This document shows positions 1 to 9,013 of a stretch of DNA of 64,000 bases, piece after piece. The position numbers and the translations under genes were made by a program. This DNA comes from Candidatus Zhuqueibacterota bacterium (lineage in GTDB: Bacteria; Zhuqueibacterota; Zhuqueibacteria; Thermofontimicrobiales; Thermofontimicrobiaceae): NCBI GenBank assembly GCA_049322915.1, contig JBMOPW010000014.1, positions 280,973 through 344,972 of the forward strand, in the 5' to 3' direction. Every line of letters begins with the position of its first letter. Position 1 is the stretch's first letter. The notes beneath the pieces were generated by a model that worked only from the letters and a program-made list of their open reading frames with translations, did no database searches and was not told the origin of the DNA.

Positions 1-1
1 T

Positions 2-3000
2 CCCGGGGAATCGTATTTCTTTGCAGTGAAAACAGCGGACGAGGTTCTGAATTGGTCGGCGATGTCCAATGTGAAGGAGGCGTCGACCAGTACAGGCGGA
101 GGCGCATTGTTGAAGACAGATGAATTCAATGACCCCAATACATTGACGCAATGGTGGAGCGCTAATCCCGCCTATGTGGTGCAAAGTGGGCGACTCAACA
201 ATGTGACAGGAGTCGGTTGGGGTCAGTTAGCTGTGTTCAAACTGAATGTAAACCCGGTGGAAGCGTCACTCCAGTGGGCTGCAGCGCCGAATGCGGATGC
301 CGCAGGTATTGACAAGGCCGGTATCGCAACGCTTTTGGACGCGGCCAATTATAACACAGCGAATGGCTATTTGTGCACGATTCGAACCGGGGGCGCCAGT
401 CCGGTTCTTTATCTGTTTAAAATGACGGCGGGCACCCCGGGTGATTTATTGGGAAGCGCTACTATCGCCGGGAAAAATATTCCGGCTGCTGGAGATGTGT
501 TCAAAATTGTTACGAGTTCGGATGTGACCGGTCATCATTTTGATTATTATGTGAATGAAGTATTTTATGGTCGGCTCAATGATGTCAATAAATTTTACAG
601 TAACGGGACTGACTATTACGCCGGTATTGAATTGTATGGTGGATTGAATAATGATGTGGAGAAATTCACTGTGTTGAATCAGGTGGGCGAACCGAAATAT
701 CTGGAGAAGGTCAGCCCATTGTCAGACCCGGGTGGCATTGTTGGCAAAAAATTGGCAGACTCTCTGACGGTCAGGGTTCTTGATGAGAATTATAATCCGG
801 TGTCAAATCTCACCGTGGATTTTGCGGTGACCAAAGGCGGCGGTTCCGTGGATATCACACCATCGCCGGAAATTCGCAGGGAAGCGGAAAAAGCCAATGT
901 CATCGAAGGGCAATTTGAAGAAGGCGTGGACACGCAAGCCAGCGGCGGCCGCTATATGGTAGTCAATGGGAATGGTGAGCGATTCCTGGGAAAACTGGAA
1001 TTTAATGTGTACATTAAAACCGCTGGCAATTATTTGATGTTCGCACGTGTCAAAATTCCGGACAATAATACCTATTCATTTTTTGTCCAGGTTGATGATG
1101 CTCCGGCTTTGGATACCCTCAATTTGAGCATCGGCGCGTGGGACCTTCCGAGAACGGCCGGTGTGTGGTTCTGGGACTGGGTTTCCGAGCGCGGCGGCGG
1201 TGAGTACAAGATATGGAACCTGACGCAGGGGATTCATAAAATTACGCTTACCACGCGGTGGAGCCCCAACGTTCAAATCGATAAGATTCTTCTTTCAAGT
1301 AATTTCAGCTACTGGCCTTCAGGAACGGACGAGTGGCCGGAATATTCAACGGATGCAAACGGTATTGCCAAGGCTGCATTGACGCTTGGCCAGACCGCCG
1401 GCGAGAATGAGGTTCAGGCGACTGCGCCGGGGTATACACTGTCAGGCGCTCCGCAAATTTTCACAATTACCGGAAATCCGGATGTCCCCAAGTTAATGGT
1501 GGCGACACCGCCGACAACGGTGACCGGCGTTGGTGGTCAGCAGCTTAATTCGCCTTTCGAGGTGACATTGACCGACGCCTATGGAAATCCAGCGTACGGC
1601 TATAACGTGACGTTTCAGGTCACAGTTGGAAATGGCAAGCTATCCAATGGTCAGGCGACGCACGTGGTGACAACCGATGTGCAGGGCAAAGCCAGTTCCT
1701 ACCTCACATTGAGTACAGAAAGTACAGCGAATGAAGTGCAGGTGAGTTATACCGGTTTGCCCGTTGTAAAATTTACCGCAACGGCAACCTCGGGCATTGC
1801 TAATACATTGGCGATAACAAGCGGCAATGACCAATCCGGGCTTGTCAACACAACGCTTCCGACGCCGCTTAAAGTACGAGTGACGGATAGCGCTGGCGCC
1901 GGCGTCAGAAATCATAATGTTCATTTCCAGGTCACCGCAGGAGGTGGATCATTGAGCCCGGCTGCTGCTTCGGGCATGGAATCGTTCGATGCACTTCCGC
2001 TGGGGAAAGTCCCATCAAATAAAACGTCTTTCATCGAGGGCACGCTTGCTTCGACAATGGATGTTTTGACGGATAATAATGGTTACGCACAGGTCAGATT
2101 GCAATTAGGTTCGGCTGCCGGAACAAATTCCGTCACGGCCACTGCGACGAAAAATGGCCAGCCACTCAGTGGATCCCCAAAGACATTCAATGCGACTGGC
2201 ACTGCCGGCGCTGCGTACGCGATTAATTACCATTCCGGCAATTCGCAGACTGGCGCTGCAGGAATGCCACTCGGGGCGCCATTCGTTGTGAAAGTCACAG
2301 ATCAGTACAATAATGGCATTGTCGGACACCAGGTTGTTTTCGAAATTAAAAGCGGCGGCGGGTCGTTCGTGACAAGCGGCCCCTGGTACAGCGAAGCCGG
2401 TGGATTGGCGCAAGTGACACTAAGATTAGGCTCTACTTCTGGTGTGGTGAATGAAGTATGGGCCTCGGCAGAATCCAACGGCGTACCCCTGGATGATTCC
2501 CCTGTCGTCTTTCAGGCGACATCCGGTACGGTCACAACGTTGACCTACGTGGGTGGGAATAATCAAACCGGGTCAGCGGGTTGGCCATTGCAGGACTCGC
2601 TCAAGGTGAAGGTGTTGGATAATTATGGCAATCCGGTGGGCGGGTATCCTGTGACATGGACGTGCACCGGGACCAACAAGGGCACGGTTGATGGTCTGGA
2701 GCAGGTTGTCAAAAATTCTGATAGTAAAGGCATCTCCAAAGTGCAGTTCATCTGCGGCAGAATGCCGGGCGTTGCCGGCGGTGCAGAGGCAAAAGCTGGC
2801 AGCCTGACCGGATCGCCCTACAACTTTATCGTCAATGTGGCTGATGTGGACGCCATCCATTATGTCAGCGGCGACGCGCAGACAGGCACTGTGGGTTCGG
2901 TACTGCCGCAGCCGTTCAAGGCGGAAATCATCGATGCGCTGGGCAAGCCCATTCCCGGATTCCCTGTGGTGTTTACCGTCAGGCATGGCGATGGAAAATT

Positions 3001-6000
3001 GAGCGGAGATACGACAATTACTGTGCAGACTGACAATGATAAAGTGGCTCAGACGACGCTGACGCTGGGACCCCAACCGGGAACCAATAATAATGTCGTT
3101 GAAGCGGCTGCGTTCATGTCTGGGAAAGAAATGTTAGCAAACGGGGGCTTAGACATTTGGGACGGCGATGGACCTGATAAATGGACTTTAACAAAATCTG
3201 CATCAGGCGCAACAGTTCTACAAAATTCATCTGATTCAAGATCTGGGAATTGTGTAGAAATGAAGGTGACCACGATTAGCGCTTATAGTACACTTGAGGA
3301 TGAAAATACTTACATTGTTACCCCAAATGTTACATATGAACTTTCTTTCTGGGTGAAGGGAGCAAATGGCGGAGAAAAAATTTGGGCAACGTTTAAACAA
3401 GGGAATTATTATTTACTATCAAATGGCGATTGGAGCTCTCAATCTGACAGTTGGATGAAAAATCAAATAATCTCTCAGAATTACAAGAAATATTCAATAT
3501 TATTTACTTCAAGAAATACAGAAGGATTACTCGGAAAAGTAAAACTCACTTTAATGAACAATAGTAATGCTACTGTTTTTTTTGATGATGTCTCCCTCAT
3601 CGAAAAAAATGCCGGAGGCGAGACCCCTCTCAATGGTTCTCCTCTCACGTACACGGCTTCTGCAACTATTGGCGCGCCCAATGAGCTTAAATATGTGAGT
3701 GGAAATTATCAATCAGCAGTTGTCGGTAATCCATTGGAGAGTCGGTTTTTAGTCAAGGTCGTCGATGTCTTGGGAAACCCGTACACTGGTCATCCGGTCA
3801 AATTCACGGTGAAGACTGGCGGCGGCACCCTGGACGGGCAGTCGCTTACTACCGTGACGAAAAATACAGACGGGAATGGCGAGGCCGGCGCGATTCTGAC
3901 TGTTGGTCTATCCTCGGGCGAAAATAACAATTCGGTCGAAGTGGTATCCTACAAACCGGGGACGACCACCAATCTGGTCGCTTCACCCATGACATTTTTC
4001 GCTTCCGGTCGGGCGAGCGCCGCTAAAAATCTGGAGTATGTCTCTGGTAACGGACAACCCGCAAGCGCTGTCCGCGAAAAGCTCGCTCAGCCGTTCCGCG
4101 TGAAGGTGACGGATAATGCCGGCAATCCGGTGCCGGATCATCAGGTTCAATGGATTGTCATTCAGGGACATGGCACGTTTAACAACCTGACGGATTCAGT
4201 GAAGACAGATCCGACGGATGCGACCGGAATCTCTGATGTCTATTATTATCCTGGACCGACTGCCGGACTGACCAATATCGTCCGCGCCCGGTCATGGAAT
4301 GGGCCTGAATTGAGCGGTTCTCCAAAGACATTCCAGGTTGAAACAAAGGCCTCATCTGTCAGTGCTCAAAATTCAACGATAACGGCCACGAGCCCAATCC
4401 CGGCCGATGGCACAACCAAATCGACAATTACCGTGACGCTGATGGACGCTTACGGCAACAAAATTTCCGGCAAGGCGCTGGCATTTTTCACGACAGGCTC
4501 CGGCAATATCCCGACGCCATTCACTGAACTGACGAATGCGAACGGACAGGCGGTGGCGTACCTTGCCTCGACACGGGCGGAAGAGAAAACGATCACCGTG
4601 AGGGATATTTCCGATGGGATTGACCTATTGTCTTCAGCGAAAATTACGTTCACGCCATTGGCAGCCCATGCGATCGGATACGTCTCAGGAACGAATCAGA
4701 CACGTAACTTTGGGACTGCGCTCAAAGATCTGCTCAAGGCCCGGGTGACGGACGCGAATGGAAATCCGATTGCCAATCACGATGTCACCTTTGAGGCCTA
4801 TGTCGGCGGCGGCTCCATTTATGAAAAACAGCCCATCAAAACCGACGCCAATGGGGTTGCTTCGGCGACCTGGATTCTTGGTTTGTCCGAAGAAGTGAAT
4901 CGCGCCAGGGCAACGGCCTATAGCATCTCCGGGAGTGTCGACTATATCGCCACAGCGTATGCCAGCACAGCGACAACGCTCAAAAAGATCAGCGGCGATA
5001 GCCAGACCGGCACGGCCGGACTGCCGCTGTCGAATAATTTCATCGCGAGGGTTGTTGATGGCAGCGATAATCCGATCTTCGATTATCCTGTCAAATACAA
5101 AGTCAGTTTTGGTGGTGGTAATTTCAATGGCGCCTCGTCGATTGAAATACGCACCGATGCATTCGGCAATGCCAGCCGCACATTCACACTCGGTCGGGTG
5201 GCTGGTTCCAATGTTGTGACAGTGGAGGCCTCAGCTCTGTCCGGTTCGCCCCAGGGATTTACAGCTCAGGGTGTTGCCGGCGAAGCGGCTAAAATCACAA
5301 AATGGGCTGGCGAAGGTAAAACAGGAAGCGTCGGCGGACAAATCAGCGGCATCCAGGTCAAAGTAACGGATATTTTTGACAATGCAGTGAGCGGCTACAC
5401 AGTGACCTTCTCCGTTATTCAGGGAGATGCAACTATGAGCGGATCAGGCGCTGTGATCAGTGGCGCTGATGGCGTTGCGTCGGCTACTATTAATGTCGGT
5501 TCAACAGTCGGTGAAATTCATGTGATGGCCTCGGCGCCTGGGATGATTGGCGATGGCGCAAAGATCACAGTGTACGCTGTCGCTTCAGCACCGGTCTCGA
5601 TGGAAATTTACAAAGGCAATAATCAACAAGGCACTGTTGGTCGGGAGCTGGTTTACCCTCTATCCATAGTCGTTCTGGATCAATATGGAAACCCGGTGAC
5701 AGGTCAGAATACCTCTATTTCGTTTGTGGTGACCGAAGGCACCGGTCAATTGCTCGATGGCCCGGCCGTCTATACCGATGAAAATGGAATTGCATCGGTG
5801 CGATTCAAACTGGGTTCGGTTACCGGTAGCAATTACAAAGTCTGGGCGATCAATAACGGCCTTGCTGGTTCACCCAGGGAATTTCAGGCAACCGGCGTGG
5901 GCAACAAGTTCCCACTTTTTAATGCGATCAATGATGCATCGCTCCAGGAAAATCAGAGCATATCCTTCACAGTGAGCGCCACGGATGAAGACGGTGATCC

Positions 6001-7030
6001 GGTTCAGTACGGAATCAGGGATATTCCGGATGGTGCGGCATTTGACTCAACGAATACAAAACAATTTAGCTGGACGCCCAGTTATCTCCAGGCTGGCAAG
6101 CATGTCGTTCATTTCATGGTCAAAGATAATAAAGGCGGGTTCGATGATGAGCCGGTTACGATCGATGTTACGAACATCAATCGCATGCCGCAGATTGATT
6201 ACTTCGAACCGGTAAATCATTTGTTGGTGGGCCATAAGTCCATTGGCGAGACCTTCCGTATGATCGTTCAGGTTTCGGATCCGGATTACGATGAAGTCAC
6301 CTATGAATGGTATGACAATGGTCTGCTGGTTGGATCGCAAAATTATTATGACTTCTTTGTTGTCAGCGAAGAACTTGGCACCCATTATATCGTTGTGAAA
6401 ATATCCGATCCGTATGATACCATCCAGCGTGATTGGGAAATCTATGTGAAAACACCGGTCGAACTGGCGAACTTCTCCGGTCATATCGTCAAACGACGAG
6501 GCGTCGCGTTGCAGTGGGAAACGACATCGGAAGTCGCACATTCCGGCTTCAATGTCCTCAGACGCGAGGCATCGGAGAATGCGTATCGTCAGGTGAACAC
6601 GGAGTTGATTAAATCCAATGGCGCGAATTCCTACAATTATCTCGATCAATCGGTCGAAGTGGGAGCCACGTATTCGTACAAATTGGAAGATGTGTCCATC
6701 AATGGTCAGCATACGGAGCATGATGCGATTACCATATTTGTTGCCAGACCCGATCGTTATGAGCTGCAGCAGAATTATCCCAATCCATTCAATCCAAAGA
6801 CAAATATTGAATATCAGCTTCCAATGGAAACGCGAGTCAGTTTAAAAATTTACAACATCATGGGACAGGAAGTGAAGACGTTGATTGATGATGTGAAAGA
6901 GGCTGGCTATCACGCGCTCATCTGGAATGGGCTGGATAATAGTGGCGTGGCGGTTTCTTCAGGTATTTACTATTATCGCATGGTGACAGGGTCGTTTGTG
7001 GAGACGAAGAAGATGGTCCTCCTGCGGTAG
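2..7030 (+). CDS. Giant secreted Big_1 (invasin/intimin Ig-like) repeat adhesin with inserted CBM-like domains and FlgD/T9SS-type C-terminal sorting domain; 5' end probably outside window
   Basis: Frame is open from position 2 (PGESYFFAVKTADEVLNWS, resembling the end of an FN3 domain). Many SGxxQxG...VxVxDxxGNP...TDxxG repeats; C-terminal PVELANF...QNYPNPFNP...KKMVLLR. Confidence 0.85.
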   Translation, partial: PGESYFFAVKTADEVLNWSAMSNVKEASTSTGGGALLKTDEFNDPNTLTQWWSANPAYVVQSGRLNNVTGVGWGQLAVFKLNVNPVEASLQWAAAPNADAAGIDKAGIATLLDAANYNTANGYLCTIRTGGASPVLYLFKMTAGTPGDLLGSATIAGKNIPAAGDVFKIVTSSDVTGHHFDYYVNEVFYGRLNDVNKFYSNGTDYYAGIELYGGLNNDVEKFTVLNQVGEPKYLEKVSPLSDPGGIVGKKLADSLTVRVLDENYNPVSNLTVDFAVTKGGGSVDITPSPEIRREAEKANVIEGQFEEGVDTQASGGRYMVVNGNGERFLGKLEFNVYIKTAGNYLMFARVKIPDNNTYSFFVQVDDAPALDTLNLSIGAWDLPRTAGVWFWDWVSERGGGEYKIWNLTQGIHKITLTTRWSPNVQIDKILLSSNFSYWPSGTDEWPEYSTDANGIAKAALTLGQTAGENEVQATAPGYTLSGAPQIFTITGNPDVPKLMVATPPTTVTGVGGQQLNSPFEVTLTDAYGNPAYGYNVTFQVTVGNGKLSNGQATHVVTTDVQGKASSYLTLSTESTANEVQVSYTGLPVVKFTATATSGIANTLAITSGNDQSGLVNTTLPTPLKVRVTDSAGAGVRNHNVHFQVTAGGGSLSPAAASGMESFDALPLGKVPSNKTSFIEGTLASTMDVLTDNNGYAQVRLQLGSAAGTNSVTATATKNGQPLSGSPKTFNATGTAGAAYAINYHSGNSQTGAAGMPLGAPFVVKVTDQYNNGIVGHQVVFEIKSGGGSFVTSGPWYSEAGGLAQVTLRLGSTSGVVNEVWASAESNGVPLDDSPVVFQATSGTVTTLTYVGGNNQTGSAGWPLQDSLKVKVLDNYGNPVGGYPVTWTCTGTNKGTVDGLEQVVKNSDSKGISKVQFICGRMPGVAGGAEAKAGSLTGSPYNFIVNVADVDAIHYVSGDAQTGTVGSVLPQPFKAEIIDALGKPIPGFPVVFTVRHGDGKLSGDTTITVQTDNDKVAQTTLTLGPQPGTNNNVVEAAAFMSGKEMLANGGLDIWDGDGPDKWTLTKSASGATVLQNSSDSRSGNCVEMKVTTISAYSTLEDENTYIVTPNVTYELSFWVKGANGGEKIWATFKQGNYYLLSNGDWSSQSDSWMKNQIISQNYKKYSILFTSRNTEGLLGKVKLTLMNNSNATVFFDDVSLIEKNAGGETPLNGSPLTYTASATIGAPNELKYVSGNYQSAVVGNPLESRFLVKVVDVLGNPYTGHPVKFTVKTGGGTLDGQSLTTVTKNTDGNGEAGAILTVGLSSGENNNSVEVVSYKPGTTTNLVASPMTFFASGRASAAKNLEYVSGNGQPASAVREKLAQPFRVKVTDNAGNPVPDHQVQWIVIQGHGTFNNLTDSVKTDPTDATGISDVYYYPGPTAGLTNIVRARSWNGPELSGSPKTFQVETKASSVSAQNSTITATSPIPADGTTKSTITVTLMDAYGNKISGKALAFFTTGSGNIPTPFTELTNANGQAVAYLASTRAEEKTITVRDISDGIDLLSSAKITFTPLAAHAIGYVSGTNQTRNFGTALKDLLKARVTDANGNPIANHDVTFEAYVGGGSIYEKQPIKTDANGVASATWILGLSEEVNRARATAYSISGSVDYIATAYASTATTLKKISGDSQTGTAGLPLSNNFIARVVDGSDNPIFDYPVKYKVSFGGGNFNGASSIEIRTDAFGNASRTFTLGRVAGSNVVTVEASALSGSPQGFTAQGVAGEAAKITKWAGEGKTGSVGGQISGIQVKVTDIFDNAVSGYTVTFSVIQGDATMSGSGAVISGADGVASATINVGSTVGEIHVMASAPGMIGDGAKITVYAVASAPVSMEIYKGNNQQGTVGRELVYPLSIVVLDQYGNPVTGQNTSISFVVTEGTGQLLDGPAVYTDENGIASVRFKLGSVTGSNYKVWAINNGLAGSPREFQATGVGNKFPLFNAINDASLQENQSISFTVSATDEDGDPVQYGIRDIPDGAAFDSTNTKQFSWTPSYLQAGKHVVHFMVKDNKGGFDDEPVTIDVTNINRMPQIDYFEPVNHLLVGHKSIGETFRMIVQVSDPDYDEVTYEWYDNGLLVGSQNYYDFFVVSEELGTHYIVVKISDPYDTIQRDWEIYVKTPVELANFSGHIVKRRGVALQWETTSEVAHSGFNVLRREASENAYRQVNTELIKSNGANSYNYLDQSVEVGATYSYKLEDVSINGQHTEHDAITIFVARPDRYELQQNYPNPFNPKTNIEYQLPMETRVSLKIYNIMGQEVKTLIDDVKEAGYHALIWNGLDNSGVAVSSGIYYYRMVTGSFVETKKMVLLR

Positions 7031-7080
7031 CTATTTTTTGGCGGAACCTCTGTGGCAGGAGGTTCCGCCTATAGCTTTTC
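7029..7080 (+). terminator. Probable intrinsic terminator
   Basis: GGCGGAACCTC (7040-7050) / GAGGTTCCGCC (7059-7069) stem, extended by AGCTAT/ATAGCT and followed by TTTT. Confidence 0.65.
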
Positions 7081-7112
7081 GGAAATTCAGTGATGTCTGA
7101 GAATTTTTTCCT

Positions 7113-7145
7113 AAAAACGACTGCTTGGGGCAAGCCGTCGTTTTT
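7113..7145. terminator. Second hairpin with A/T tails, possibly a bidirectional terminator
   Basis: AAAAACGAC-TGCTTG-GGG-CAAGCC-GTCGTTTTT. Confidence 0.5.
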
Positions 7146-7179
7146 CACTTTATGTATCTAAACAGAAAGGCGTTCTAGA

Positions 7180-8643
7180 ATGAGTGGGGCTTCTGTGAAT
7201 TACAAACATGTGCTTTTGGTCAATCCATCGATTGACACAGAACAGAAATACGGCAAATTGGCGAATATGCTGTTAACGCCATCCGTGCCGTTCAGCATTG
7301 TGCATCTGGGCAGCTTTTTAAAAAGTCAGGGGTATCAGGTCCGATTGTTCGACGAGCAAATTGAATTGCTCACTGAAGAAAGAGTCCAGCAAATCGTGAA
7401 AGAGTTCTCACCCTGTGTAATCGGGTTTTCCTGCACAACGCCGGGGATGGCGCGGGCGCACAAAATCGCCGCGGACATCAAAAATATCAATCCGGGCATT
7501 AAAGTGGTCATGGGCAATATTCATCCAACGGTTCTCCCTGAAGAAACGCTGCGGGATAAAAATGTGGATCTGGTCGTGCGCGCTGAAGGCGAATATACCA
7601 TTCTGGAGTATTTGCAAGCCATTGAGCGTCAGGGAGAGTTTTCCAAAATTGACGGCATTTCCTATCGTATGAACGGGGGATTCAACCATACAGTGAATCG
7701 CGAATATGTCAAAGACCTGGATGTGCTGCCGCCAGTCGATTGGTCCTTGCTGACTGATACCGGCGGTGATTACAGCGTCGAATGGATTCTGACGTCGCGG
7801 GGATGTCCGTATAAATGCATCTTCTGCTCGGCGCGAAGCGTTTCGGGGTATAAGTATCGATTCAATAGTCCTCAGCGCGTCATCGAGGAAATTGATGTGA
7901 TTGTCAAAAATTACGGCAAGAAATTCTTCAGTTTTGCGGATGACAATTTTGCTGTCAAAAAGGATCGCACGCGGGAAATCTGCAATTTGATGATCGAACG
8001 CGGGTACAATAAAGAAGTGAAATGGCTCTGCCAGACCCGGGCCGATGCAGTGGATGAATCGCTGCTGGAATTGATGAAAGAGGCGGGCTGTGAATACATC
8101 AGCTTTGGTATTGAAACCGGCACCCAGCGGTTGTTGGATCTCATCAAAAAAAGCGTCAAGATCGAAACGATTGAAAAGGCGGTGAACATGGTTCACAACG
8201 CCGGCATTAAAACCAGGGGATCGTTCATGCTCGGCCTGCCATCCGAAACCTACGAAGATTCCCTGGCGACGATTAATTTTGCTCTGAAAATGCCCCTGGA
8301 TATTGCCAAGTTCAATCTGGCAGTTCCCTATCCCGGCACTGAATTGCTGAATCTGGCGATCCAGGAAGGACTGGTCGTCACGGACGATTGGTCAAAAATA
8401 AATACTGCCGCCGGATTGAGCAATACCGAGGCATTTTATGTTCCCAAAGGCCGAACCATGGAAGAACTGGCCAGGTTGCAAAAGAAAGCCCACACAAGTT
8501 TTTATCTGCGTCCCCGGCAGATCTGGAGAATATTGAAACGAGAGAATATCGATTTCAATATTCCCAAAATTAGTTCGCCTAAACAATTCTTCGAATTGGT
8601 GGCTGCTTCGGCTGAATTCATGATTCAGACGCTCAAGAAATAA
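7180..8643 (+). CDS. B12-binding (class B) radical SAM protein, putative methyltransferase
   Basis: N-terminal B12-binding-like region (GNIHPTVLPEE, VVRAEGE); TSRGCPYKCIFC CxxxCxxC motif; ADDNF, GIETG, FMLGLPSET and PYPGT motifs. Confidence 0.9.
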   Translation: MSGASVNYKHVLLVNPSIDTEQKYGKLANMLLTPSVPFSIVHLGSFLKSQGYQVRLFDEQIELLTEERVQQIVKEFSPCVIGFSCTTPGMARAHKIAADIKNINPGIKVVMGNIHPTVLPEETLRDKNVDLVVRAEGEYTILEYLQAIERQGEFSKIDGISYRMNGGFNHTVNREYVKDLDVLPPVDWSLLTDTGGDYSVEWILTSRGCPYKCIFCSARSVSGYKYRFNSPQRVIEEIDVIVKNYGKKFFSFADDNFAVKKDRTREICNLMIERGYNKEVKWLCQTRADAVDESLLELMKEAGCEYISFGIETGTQRLLDLIKKSVKIETIEKAVNMVHNAGIKTRGSFMLGLPSETYEDSLATINFALKMPLDIAKFNLAVPYPGTELLNLAIQEGLVVTDDWSKINTAAGLSNTEAFYVPKGRTMEELARLQKKAHTSFYLRPRQIWRILKRENIDFNIPKISSPKQFFELVAASAEFMIQTLKK

Positions 8644-9013
8644 TTTGATGATTATTTCCAGTCAATTTGTTTTGCTGAGCCTTTTCGGTGTGAACGATGG
8701 GATGATGCCGGTGAAGCTGGAATACAATGCGCCCATGATTCATGCCCGAAATTACACCTCTGATTCAGAGCCCTATCCAAAATTTAATTGCAGGGTTATA
8801 TTTTTTCAACCCAGGGATTAACGAATTCCCATTTTGCCGAGCAAAAATTTTGCTCAACATCATTGTATTGAAGGTACTACTCACATGTTATTTTTCCTTT
8901 CAGCACGATGAACCGCGGAATTGTCATGACATGTCCCATCGGTGAAGTGCGTCGTTCAGTTTATGGTAGTGTCCATGAATATGGACAGACAAAATATGTG
9001 GATCGAGGAGTCT

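Noticed and set aside
8942..9013. ORF-track N-terminal extensions (also 30670, 34020, 34980, 63695)
   Set aside because: Downstream starts have better RBS or signal peptides, and three of the extensions begin inside attC sites.
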